From positions 1 through 64,000 of the forward strand of contig NW_019218108.1 of assembly GCF_002571385.2 (NCBI RefSeq): a DNA stretch of 64,000 bases, given 5' to 3'. Below, one piece after another: positions 10,601 through 21,614 of the stretch. The translations under genes were made by a program, and so were the position numbers. Each line of letters starts with the position of its first letter. Positions within the stretch are counted from its first letter, which is position 1. A model generated the notes under the pieces. The model did not search any database. It had not been told where the DNA came from and worked only from the letters and a program-made list of their open reading frames with translations. Origin of the DNA: Stylophora pistillata (Eukaryota).

Positions 10601-13357
10601 CGCACTGAAACACGCGCAAGAATGCGAGAAAGTGATAACGGGAGGAAACGCTCGAGTTAACTTGCGGACATTTCTGACCACAAGATACAAGTAAAATAAG
10701 AAAAATAATTGAGTAAATGAATGAATAATAGATACCAATAACTTTTTTTGAACCCTTGACATTTTACCTACTACCCTTGACCCTCGACAAAAACCTAACT
10801 CAATCTCTTTGAAGGCCGAAACTTTGATGTCTGTTTTCACGCGAGTTAACTTTACTTAGACGAATTGCAAGGGTATGTAGTTTTGTTGGATTTTGATGAA
10901 ACTTGGTCAGACCATTTATTGGATACTAGCTAACGCACAAAAATGTGTGAGGCTTTAACTGAACCGACTGATTATTTTATTTTGTCCAACTTCAATAAAG
11001 ATTCTCTCGCGAACCAATATAAATCTCGGAAAAGCCTCACATCCTTTTCTAGCCTTTCGTCTGCTGAATGATACAGTCCAACTTGTTTGGTTGTCCGCGG
11101 TAACGCAAAGACTGGTAATTCAGTTAAACAAACACCGTCAGTTTTGTCTTTAACGGCTTGCACGTGCCTATCGAAACAAAACCAATCAAAGCTTTTATTA
11201 TTTTCGCAATCTATACGCTATAAGCGCTAGCTTTACCGTGATAGGTAGTTTTTCATGGTTTCTTTTATAGAAGCACCCCTGGCACGCTTTTTCCGGAGGC
11301 TACCCTAAATCAACTGTCCGGCGAAAAAATCTAGCTGACTCTCAGATTTAACCTGTCTTGACTGTTTCGGGTTTGAGGACTAGTAACGGCTTAGAAAATT
11401 TAAAAGGTAAAGGAGAGTAAGGTTTCTTTAATTCATTTACTTTGTCAAAGAATTGTGTCAATTGACTTACTTAGGAGATGATATACACCTAGTGTGGGCG
11501 ATTGTTCCATATGCTAGAAGAAGGAAACATTCTAAAGAGGGAAAAGATAGAATGTTTCCTAACCACAGTTGTCAGTGAAATAAGCCATTTAACATTTTCT
11601 GATTATGCGTTTAGGGGAATATTGTAATACTGACAATGGCATTTTAAAAAGTGAGTATAATAAGAAGCCTGGAGGCTGGCTTTTCAGTCTTTAGATCCAA
11701 AGATTCCCCGAGATATAGGACTGTTTATATCGAGCAGTAAAATTGGTAAGATCTAGAAAAACCTTCAAACTGATCATTTGAAAGTTACCAGTGAGCTGTG
11801 TTTTTGATGTTTGGCGTCAAAAACCTTTCTTCATTGAGAGTTTAATTTGGAAAATGTGAACATTGTGTGTGCCGCGTGCGCAGTTGAATAAAGAGTGTCC
11901 TTGATTGGAAGTCAAATTCAAATCGATTATAAAACCATTGGATCCGCCACTGGAAAACATCACTTGAACTCGACAAACCTGATGGAAACACTCAGTTGCA
12001 CCGCTACAAGGAAAGAAAAGGTCAATTCAGATCAGTGGTATCTGAATAATCTCTAGTTATTTCAGTCCAGTTAAGCCCCTTCCCATCTTAATCGCTATCT
12101 CAGAAATAATATAGTTCGGGTGCCGTACGGATATAACCTGAGAGTGACATCCACAACAATGTTACACCAGGTTTGAACGATCAGGGTATGCCATTAAATT
12201 ACATTTTTGGCGATAGTCATTTATTCAGCAGCACATTCAAACAGAAGCGGTTTTATCAGTGGAGATCTAAACCGTCACAACTCCATTGTCCTTCATGATA
12301 CACGGATGCCTGGTTTTTAAATTGTAGCTGATTGACACCCTTCCTTACCGAAATATTAGATGGAGTCTCTTGTTTGCTTAAATCAGCAATCCTGGAGATA
12401 AAGAGTCTTGCTGACTCTTGGAATTTGTCAATCACGACTATTTTGGCTTTGGAGACTAGCTAAGGGCTGAGTTAATTTAAAAAATAAGATAGTACTGTAT
12501 CCCACAATTTAAAACATTGGATGGTATCCCATACTCTTAACAAATAAGATAGTATCCTAGAGATACTCGTCGCCGGCTATTCGCTGAGGGGATAATATAC
12601 ACCCAGCGTGGGCGATTCTCTCATATGCTAGGCGAAGAAAACATTACAATACTCCCTTTTCGAGTCCTTGGTGCTCATTTGGAGGACCGCTGACTTGCGG
12701 GCGGATTGGAAACGAGGCTAACACAGCGTAGTCTTTACGTAGAAAGAGAAGAAGAGTGAGAGAATTCGTGTTTCGTGTATAATATTGATCTTTTAAGTTA
12801 AAAAAACAGCTTGAAAAACATCACTTTGCGCTAGAATAAGTCTAAGAAAGCTATGGCGCAATCAAGGAAGAGAAAAAGTTCGGGTTTCGGCCGAGATTGT
12901 GCTTGTTTTGGGTGCTCAGATGCACAATACTCTCAGAAAGATGGCGCCTCAACCGGACTAAGCATGTTCAAATTCCTGCAAAGGAATCCACAACGAGATC
13001 GATGGTGTAACTTGATAAAAAGAAAGCATGGAAGAGGTTTTTATGTTAATAGTTTTACAGTAGTTTGCGGAAAACATTTTAGAAGTGAAGACATGTACAA
13101 GCCTCCCGGCGGCACAAGATCTCGCCTCAAAAATGGCACTGAGCCTTTGATCTTCCCATGGAAGACTACTTCTGATCCAAAGCCGAAACGACGCATGAAT
13201 GAATGAATGAATGAAAAACTTTATTTAAGTGTCTATGTTTTAAGCTATAAGCTAATGGGGGACACTAAAAATTTAAAAGTCAAATACATTCACCTATGTA
13301 GATAATAGTTATTTACAGTAGATAATTAAAAAGATTATAAAGTTATTTAGTTAAGTT

Positions 13358-15021
13358 TTAAATTTCAACGAGAGTTGAAAGGTTGACTTTTCTTATGTTC
13401 TTCTTGAACGAAGTTAGAGTTTCTATCGTTCTTAGGTGTCTTGGTAACTTCGACCAGATAAGAGGTCCCATATATTTAAAAGAATTCCTACCAAATCTTA
13501 CGGTTTCGAATCTTGGCAGTTCGAAGTCACTGTTCCGTAAATTATACTGAGTGTTCTTTATATTAAATAAGTCAGAAATATTCTCGGGTACGAGACTGTG
13601 CTTAACTTTAAACATCAAAGTGGCAATGTCCTGTAGGCGCCGATTGTTCAACCTCGGTAGTTTGGCGCGACTTAGCAGTTCTTGATAGGACGCTGATCTA
13701 GTTTTGTACACCGCCCTAAGTGCTCGCTCCTGAATCCGCTCAAGCTTTCTCCGATCCGATGCATTACAAAAGTGCCATACTAGATGACAGTAGGTTAGAT
13801 GGGGCAGAATTGAAGACCTGTAAAGTGATAGTTTAGCATTACAGGGTATCAAATTGCGTAGCCGCACTAGGACCCCTACTTTTTGACTGGCCTTAGAGCA
13901 TAGATCACTGATATGACTAGTAAAACTCAATTTTTCATCTATTTGAACTCCTAAAAGCCGTATTTCCCCCATTCTGTTAATAGTATGACCATCAACAGAA
14001 AAATTTTGATTATCGTTGTCTTTGTCAACATTTCTCGGGTTGATCGTTAATAGCTGGAACTTTTCTGGGTTGGTTGAGAGATAGTTGTTCTTGTACCAGG
14101 ATAGAGCTTTCTCTCCATGTATCTTGATACTTTGCGCGACAACGTCATGCTTCTTCCCCGTGACATACATCTGATGGTCGTCGGCATACATGCTCAAATT
14201 AGCATTATTTATATGAAATGACATATCATTTTGGAACAAATTCCACAGAAGGGGGCCAAAGGACGAGCCTTGCGGGCAGCCAAGCACCATCCTTTTCCAG
14301 TCACTTGTCACTCCTTTTATTTTCACTCTATTGAGCCTATTGTCAAAGTATGATCTAAGAAGGTTGAGAGAATTTTGTCCAATGCCATAGGCCTCGAGTT
14401 TCTTTACGATTAGAGAATGGCTAAGAGAGTCAAAGGCTTTACTCAAGTCAGTAGACAGTATGTACACCAGTTCCTTTCTGTCAACAGCTGATTTCCAGTC
14501 TTCCACGAGTCTAAGTAGAGTGGTCTGACAGCTATGATGTCTTCTATAAGCTGTCATTCTCTGATAGAGAGTTGGATCATAGTGCCCGGTGATTTGCTTA
14601 CTGAGCATATGCTCAAATGTCTTATTTACGGTAACAAGGGACGTGATGGGACGATAGTTCTTCGCCAGTTGTCTGTCACCTTTTTTAAACACTGGCGTCC
14701 ACTCTCCCATTTTCCACGCACAAGGCCATCGCCCCAGCTCGATACAGCTGTTGTAGAGAGTCATTAGCGATGGGGCAATTCCACAGGCCACGTTCTTAAG
14801 GAGTTTAGGCGGTGCTCCGGGGTCCCACCCACAGGACTTATTGGGGTTGATATTTTCAAGCGCCTTTTGCACTTGATCCTTGCTGACGCGATTGAACTCG
14901 AAGTGCGTTCCTTGGTATGCTTCTCTTAGAGCTTTAACGCTGCCATGGTTGTCATGGTTCTCTTCTGTGATGCAAATAGCATTGTCTCCTACAATGCTAA
15001 CAGCAGCTGTGGTGAAATAGT
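13358..15021 (-). CDS. Second, duplicated copy of the RT region
   Basis: 13284-15021 repeats 15023-16760 (period 1739 nt), and the junction is the single n at 15022. Confidence 0.8.
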
Positions 15022-15096
15022 NATACATTTACATATGTAGATGATAGTTATTTACAGTAGATAATTAAAAAGATTATAAAGTTATTTAGTTAAGTT

Positions 15097-17448
15097 TTAA
15101 ATTTCAACGAGAGTTGAAAGGTCGACTTTTCTTATGTTCTTCTTGAACGAATTTAGAGTTTCTATCGTTCTTAGGTGTCTTGGTAACTTCGACCAGATGA
15201 GAGGTCCCATATATTTAATAGAATTCCTACCAAATCTTACAGTTTCGAATCTTGGCAGTTCAAAGTCACTGTTCCGTAAATTATATTGAGTGTTCTTTAT
15301 ATTAAATAAGTCAGAAATATTCTCAGGTACGAGACTGTGCTTAACTTTAAACATCAAAGTGGCAATGTCTTGTAGGCGCCGATTGTTCAACGTCGGTAGT
15401 TTGGCGCGACTTAGCAGTTCTTGATAGGACGCTGATCTAGTTTTGTACACCGCCCTAAGTGCTCGCTCCTGAATCCGCTCAAGCTTTCTCCGATCCGATG
15501 CATTACAAAAGTGCCATACTAAATGACAGTAGGTTAGATGGGGCAGAATTGAAGACCTGTAAAGTGATAGTTTAGCATTACAGGGTATCAAATTGCGTAG
15601 CCGCACTAGGACCCCTACTTTTTGACTGGCCTTAGAGCATAGATCACTGATATGACTAGTAAAACTCAATTTTTCATCTATTTGAACTCCTAAAAGCCGT
15701 ATTTCCCCCATTCTGTTAATAGTATGACCATCAACAGAAAAATTTTGATTATCGTTGTCTTTGTCAACATTTCTCGGGTTGATCGTTAATAGCTGGAACT
15801 TTTCTGGGTTGGTTGAGAGATAGTTGTTCTTGTACCAGGATAGAGCTTTCTCTCCATGTATCTTGATACTTTGCGCGACAACGTCATGCTTCTTCCCCGT
15901 GACATACATCTGATGGTCGTCGGCATACATGCTCAAATTAGCATTATTTATATGAAATGACATATCATTTTGGAACAAATTCCACAGAAGGGGGCCAAAG
16001 GACGAGCCTTGCGGGCAGCCAAGCACCATCCTTTTCCAGTCACTTGTCACTCCTTTTATTTTCACTCTATTGAGCCTATTGTCAAAGTATGATCTAAGAA
16101 GGTTGAGAGAATTTTGTCCAATGCCATAGGCCTCGAGTTTCTTTACGATTAGAGAATGGCTAAGAGAGTCAAAGGCTTTACTCAAGTCAGTAGACAGTAT
16201 GTACACCAGTTCCTTTCTGTCAACAGCTGATTTCCAGTCTTCCACGAGTCTAAGTAGAGTGGTCTGACAGCTATGATGTCTTCTATAAGCTGTCATTCTC
16301 TGATAGAGAGTTGGATCATAGTGCCCGGTGATTTGCTTACTGAGCATATGCTCAAATGTCTTATTTACGGTAACAAGGGACGTGATGGGACGATAGTTCT
16401 TCGCCAGTTGTCTGTCACCTTTTTTAAACACTGGCGTCCACTCTCCCATTTTCCACGCACAAGGCCATCGCCCCAGCTCGATACAGCTGTTGTAGAGAGT
16501 CATTAGCGATGGGGCAATTCCACAGGCCACGTTCTTAAGGAGTTTAGGCGGTGCTCCGGGGTCCCACCCACAGGACTTATTGGGGTTGATATTTTCAAGC
16601 GCCTTTTGCACTTGATCTTTGCTGACACGACTGAACTCGAAGTGCGTTCCTAGGTATGCTTCTCGTAGAGCTTTAACGCTGCCATGGTTGTCACGGTTCT
16701 CTTCTGTGATGCAAATAGCATTGTCTCCTACAATTCTAACAGCAGCTGTGGTGAAATAGTTCATTAATTGCTCAGCTACCTCGCATTGATCTTTTACAAT
16801 GTTGCCCTCTTCTGTTTTTAAACTGATTAAGGTGGAATCCTTAGTTTTGCTATTAATAAATGGCCTAAAGGCGTTGTAAAACTCCATTGGCTTGGATTTC
16901 AGCTCCTCTGACTTGGCGAACCAGTATTCCATGATAGCCTTCCTCCGTTCGCGTGTGGCAATATTCCTGTACTTTCTTTTAAGTTCCATATTCTCTGGCG
17001 TACGGTTCTCCGCAAACAGTATGGTGTGTTTCCTCTTGTTCCTTATCGCCTTTTTCCAAGTTGAGGTCAAATAGGGTAAGTCCTTTTCACGCACACGCTT
17101 TCTTTTGATAGGGACGTGTGCGTTCACTGTGCACTCAAGGAGGGCAGTCCAATACTCGTACTTATCATCTATATCAGTGAATATTTCACCCACATGCCAC
17201 GGTCCTTCTAGAGGTTCGTGGTTGAGCTGTTCAAAATCAGTGTTTCTCGTCTGCCTATAGGTAGTTACCTTCGTTCTGTGTTCATGAACTTTCTCTTTCA
17301 TTTCTCCGTATACCATACAGTGATCACTTAGTCCTGCATCGTACATTCCACTTATTACAAAAAGTTCTGGAGTATTTGTGAGCAGAACATCGAGAAGCGT
17401 TTGTGAGTGAACTGATATTCTTGTTGGTTTTGTTATCAAGCACTCCAA
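15097..17448 (-). CDS. LINE ORF: end of APE endonuclease plus reverse transcriptase
   Basis: 783-aa ORF with PTR..LLD..SDH followed by the RT motifs including YADD. Confidence 0.93.
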   Translation of the reverse strand: MECLITKPTRISVHSQTLLDVLLTNTPELFVISGMYDAGLSDHCMVYGEMKEKVHEHRTKVTTYRQTRNTDFEQLNHEPLEGPWHVGEIFTDIDDKYEYWTALLECTVNAHVPIKRKRVREKDLPYLTSTWKKAIRNKRKHTILFAENRTPENMELKRKYRNIATRERRKAIMEYWFAKSEELKSKPMEFYNAFRPFINSKTKDSTLISLKTEEGNIVKDQCEVAEQLMNYFTTAAVRIVGDNAICITEENRDNHGSVKALREAYLGTHFEFSRVSKDQVQKALENINPNKSCGWDPGAPPKLLKNVACGIAPSLMTLYNSCIELGRWPCAWKMGEWTPVFKKGDRQLAKNYRPITSLVTVNKTFEHMLSKQITGHYDPTLYQRMTAYRRHHSCQTTLLRLVEDWKSAVDRKELVYILSTDLSKAFDSLSHSLIVKKLEAYGIGQNSLNLLRSYFDNRLNRVKIKGVTSDWKRMVLGCPQGSSFGPLLWNLFQNDMSFHINNANLSMYADDHQMYVTGKKHDVVAQSIKIHGEKALSWYKNNYLSTNPEKFQLLTINPRNVDKDNDNQNFSVDGHTINRMGEIRLLGVQIDEKLSFTSHISDLCSKASQKVGVLVRLRNLIPCNAKLSLYRSSILPHLTYCHLVWHFCNASDRRKLERIQERALRAVYKTRSASYQELLSRAKLPTLNNRRLQDIATLMFKVKHSLVPENISDLFNIKNTQYNLRNSDFELPRFETVRFGRNSIKYMGPLIWSKLPRHLRTIETLNSFKKNIRKVDLSTLVEI

Positions 17449-18757
17449 GTTGTTATTTCTTGAAGATCAGTTAGAATCTTTCCCTCAGCACTGTCAGGTC
17501 GTAACCTGTCCATGTTTAAATCACCAAAAATGACGATTGTTTGTTTTTGAAAACATAGCCACTGACAGATGTCGTTGATTTCTTCCTCTACTTTTTGAAG
17601 GTACTTGTCCACGGGTGGCATTTTTCTGCCTTTCCTAGACGGTCTAGGCGGCCTATAGATAGCAATTAATGCCATATCAGTTCTCCCTATCCTGGATTCG
17701 ACAGCGACAGCTTCAAGCGTTTTGTATGCTCTCGGTAGTGTTAATTTCTTTGATGGAATAACAGAGGAAAAATAGACAATGAGTCCTCCGCCAGCTTTTA
17801 CTCTGTCTTTCCGATACATGTGGTATCCGTTTAGGGTAAATTGGCTATTAGGATACGAACTATCGATCTTAGTCTCGGATATTACCAGGATGTGAGCTTT
17901 TAATGATCATTCAGCTCTTTGAGCTCTTCAAATTTATTCTGGATGCTGTTTATGTTTAAATGCATAGTGAATGCACCCCTGGCATTATCTCTTCTTTGTT
18001 CCAGGATTGTAGCGTCGTCATTTGCATATCCACCATTAGTGTAATTTTCATCCATTGATGTATTAAAAATCTGGCTCCGTATTAAAAGAACAATCCCCAT
18101 TACTAAATGGCAAGGAGCATAGCGAGCATTTCCAGTCCATGACCTGATTATCTGAGTAGCTCTTAAACATCGCTTTTGTTAAGTTCAGGCATTTAGTGTG
18201 CGAGAAGGAATTACACTGAAGACTCAGTAGGGAATCCTAATTGGAACGCACGCATTCGCCACACTCTTTGCAGGTAGGTCCAGGGTTTGGGTGGATGTCT
18301 CCTCCAGTTATGAGTCGGTAGATTTGGAAGCTTCTTGTGCCGTTCGAAGTGTGAGAAAATCTCGTAGACAAGTATAGTTTTCCATGGCCGTGACTTGGAG
18401 TGGTCTTGCGAGAATTCAGTAAGCTTGTGTTGGCTACGACTAGCGACCAGTGTTCCATTCCGGCTGAAGCGTCTCTTCGTAGAATAAGAGAACTAGTGTT
18501 GACATTTCCATGAAGGAATAAGGTAGTCATAAGCAGCAAAATTGCTAGTTCCATGGAGCTCAAAAGATCGTGTCCGGCCGCCATTTTGATATGCATACTA
18601 CCTATCAGTTCGTCAGAGGCCGGAAGGCAAGTACTTCTTTGAGTAATGTAGATGAAGAGCAAATGGAACTAGAAAGTCCTGACGGTGTGTGGCTATCACG
18701 TTCAAGCAATTCGTTGTCATAAACATTACACTAGGAGCAAGTCCAGAAATTCCAGAA

Positions 18758-19905
18758 GGTATCCGGACAACTCGCCCCCTGGACAATTAGCCCCAGACGA
18801 TTAGCCCCCAGTCTTTGGACGATCAGCCCCCTGTCTCTGGACTATTAGCCCCCAAACCACCATCCTTGAAATAAACTATGCTCTTGCTGTTTACTTTACG
18901 AACGTTTCCCTATCATGTATTTTGAACTAAACAATGTTCTTGTTATTTGCTTGANCTGTGTTCCTTCTGTTTACATATTTTACGAATGTTTCTTCGTCAT
19001 GTTGTTTATTTCGAGAAGTTAAATGGGAAGGAAAGAAACCAGGAACGAAACTTCGAAACTTTAGCTTATTAGCGACTACTTGTTAGTGTCAATGGAGGTT
19101 TGTTTATTTCAAACTCGCCACGCGCATTGTGCGAACTTTTACTAATTATTATTTATTTTCTTATTGAAAACCCATGCGCAATGTGCGAACGTTTACTTAT
19201 TCTTGTTTGCTTATTTCAAACCCATGCTCAAGGTGCGAAATTTTATTCCTTGTTGTTTATTTCAAAGCCACGCAAAATGCGCGAACTTTTACCGAATTAC
19301 CCACGCGCAACGTGCGAACTTATGTAAATTTGACGTGAGACATCTCATTCATCCCAATTCAGTGCTCATTGTTTTCTAAATTAACGATTCCTCCAATCAA
19401 ATGGCGTGTTTCGTTCGAAGTCAAAATCTTGATCCTTGGGATGTGTATAAAAGGGATTTTTCAATTGCGGATACTCGTATTAGCTTATTCAGCAATAACT
19501 GATTACAGCTGCCCCTGTACATCCTGATACAGGTACTTCACCAGGAAGCTACATTGGTCAACATGTAGATCCGTCTGGTTTCAGACAAAAGCTGAAGAGA
19601 CAACAGCGGTCAACCTATCCGAACAATGCAGAGAACACTCTTCGACCTCTGGATTCAATATGAAGACGGCCAAAGGAACTCAAAAGAACTTGTGGAGGCC
19701 TGTCCTCACCTCGTGCAACCCATGTAAATTAAACTAAGTGAATCTTGATAAAGATAACCACTCACATAAAAAAACCTTTTGTAGGAGCCACAAACTCATA
19801 AAAGTCAATGACCAAAAGATGAACGTAACTTCTCCTTCACATTATCTAAGGCTGGGGGTTAATTGTCTGGGGCTAATTTTCCAGGGGGCGAGTTGTCTGA
19901 CATTC
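18758..19905. mobile_element. Non-autonomous TIR DNA transposon (MULE- or hAT-like MITE) with an imperfect 8-bp TSD
   Basis: Left end GGTATCCGGACAACTCGCCCCCTGGACAATTAGCCCC matches the reverse complement of the right end, GAATGTCAGACAACTCGCCCCCTGGAAAATTAGCCCC. Flanks are ttccagaa / gtccagaa. Removing the element restores the ISL2EU reading frame. Confidence 0.85.
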
Positions 19906-20543
19906 GTCCAGAAGAATCACAAAGTAATGGTGAAAGGAGCTCAAACGGACATTGAATCATGCATAGACGACTGGGAAGAGCACTCGTATTCATTTTCTTT
20001 TAGCACCAAGAAGGTTACATTTGGCGAGCAGCAAGATCATATAAAAATACTTTAAGAGAGGATTGAACGACAATCTCTTCACATTAACACTCTAAAGCAA
20101 GAAGTGGGACGCCTAAAAAAACAGTTAGATGAAAATGAAAGAAAGAAATTCAGTTTGGAGAACTTTAAAGACGACGACAGTGCCATACAGGCTTCCCAAA
20201 CTACAAAGCTTTAATGGCTGTGTATGAATACCTTGACCCGAAGGTGAGTAAACTACAATGTTGGACGGGAAAGACTGTTCCTGATAGTCGTAGCGATCAG
20301 GAAAATCCTCAATCCAAACCTGGACCAAAAAGAGACCCTATTGGCTTACATGAATTTTTATGGTACTAGTTCGTCTCAAAGTTGGTCCATTCGTCAAAGA
20401 CCAGTCTGACAGATTTGACATATCTATTGGACACTTCAAAAAATTTTACTACTTGGATTAACTTTCTGTGTCTGGAACTAAGACTGATTTTTCCCTTTCG
20501 TTCACAATCCGATGTGTTGAGGAACATGCCATTAGAGTTTTCT

Positions 20544-20910
20544 CGCACGCATTCGCCACACTCTTTGCAGGGATGTTTGGACATTTTCGTTGTAGGTCCG
20601 GGGTTTGGGTGGATGTCTCCTCCAGTTATGAGTCGGTAGATTTGGAAGCTACTTGTGCCGTTCGAAGTGTGAGAAAATCTCGTAGACAAGTATAGTTTTC
20701 CATGGCCGCGACTTGGAGTGGTCTTGCGAGAATTCAGTAAGCTTGTGTTGGCTACGACTAGCGACCAGAGTTCCATTCCGGCTGAAGCGTCTCTTCGTAG
20801 AATAAAAGAACTAGTGTTGACATTTCCATGAAGGAATAAGGTAGTCATAAGCAGCAAAATTACTAGTTCCATGGAGCTCAAAGATTCGTGTCCGGCCGCC
20901 ATTTTGATAT
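20544..20910 (-). mobile_element. 5'-end fragment of the same LINE family (leader, 2A-like motif, start of PHD)
   Basis: Near-identical to 18247-18592, and carries an extra 21 nt encoding TKMSKHP. Confidence 0.9.
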
Positions 20911-21614
20911 ACATCATATTGATATGCATCAAATCAAGAGAAGTCAAAAGCTTATGGCTCTCCCTACAAAGGCACATGCTCAGAATTATCGTTATTTTTC
21001 GCCTACCGTTTTACGAAGCACGGGAGAGCCAGAACTTCTTTACTTCTCCTGAATACTCAGATAAATCTAATGTTTATGAAATCATGGTGTTTAGACAATG
21101 GCAAGTTATACAACAAATTGGAACTATGACGGCTTTTTCTAGCGAAGCAATTTTGACGAGCGAGTCAAGTGAATCATGACTAATTTCCAACCTGTTCGCA
21201 CGCGTTTGGTATCGCAAAATTTTGCCTAGGCTGAAAACGGCTTCCATCGTTTTTCTCAGGAATTAACAGATATTTCAAGGAAAAAATTGCATGGCATTCA
21301 TATCCTTACTAAAGGCTATCTATATGCAAAAGACGAGTGAATTTGATCATCTTTGCCGAAGATTTGCCATTTTGTTTGATTCTTGCACGAATCTGCTCTC
21401 AATATAGATCCACCGGTCGTTCAAACAAAGAGACTGGCTCGTGTTTTTATTTCATTTTGTTTACAACCATACACTGTTCAGCTAATTACTCTACTCACTG
21501 TCCTAGAATAGATAGCGAGTAAATAGATAGCGAATAAATTAGTCAATCAGATTGTAGAACTTATGCTAGAATGCAGGTCGATTATATAACAAAAATTTTA
21601 TCGCATCCCTTTAC

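Larger units (their letters stand above)
13197..18592 (-). mobile_element. Near full-length L2/CR1-group non-LTR retrotransposon (leader, 2A-like motif, PHD, APE, RT), inactivated
   Basis: 3' AATAAA plus (TTCA)n tail at 13197-13225. RT motifs NYRPI, DLSKAFD, GCPQGS.FGP, YADD. APE motifs HLNINS, YRKDR..GGGL, IYRPP, GDLN, LLDVLLT, SDH. Frameshifts near 17440 and 17900, and a stop at 18237. Confidence 0.92.
12853..20545 (+). pseudogene. Decayed THAP-domain ISL2EU/Harbinger-related transposase in three pieces (12853-13196, ~18597-18757, 19914-20545)
   Basis: THAP: C..FGC..FKF....R.RW..LIKR..VCGKHF..RLK.GTEPLIF. Downstream are a coiled coil and an HTH_Tnp_4-like region (GFPNY, MVLVRLKVG..D...RFDIS, FTTWINFL..EL, MP..F) with stops and frameshifts. 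The DDE domain is absent. Confidence 0.75.

Noticed and set aside
14534-16506. Identical 77-aa plus-strand ORFs at 14534 and 16273
   Set aside because: They are antisense to the RT and repeated only because the RT region is duplicated.
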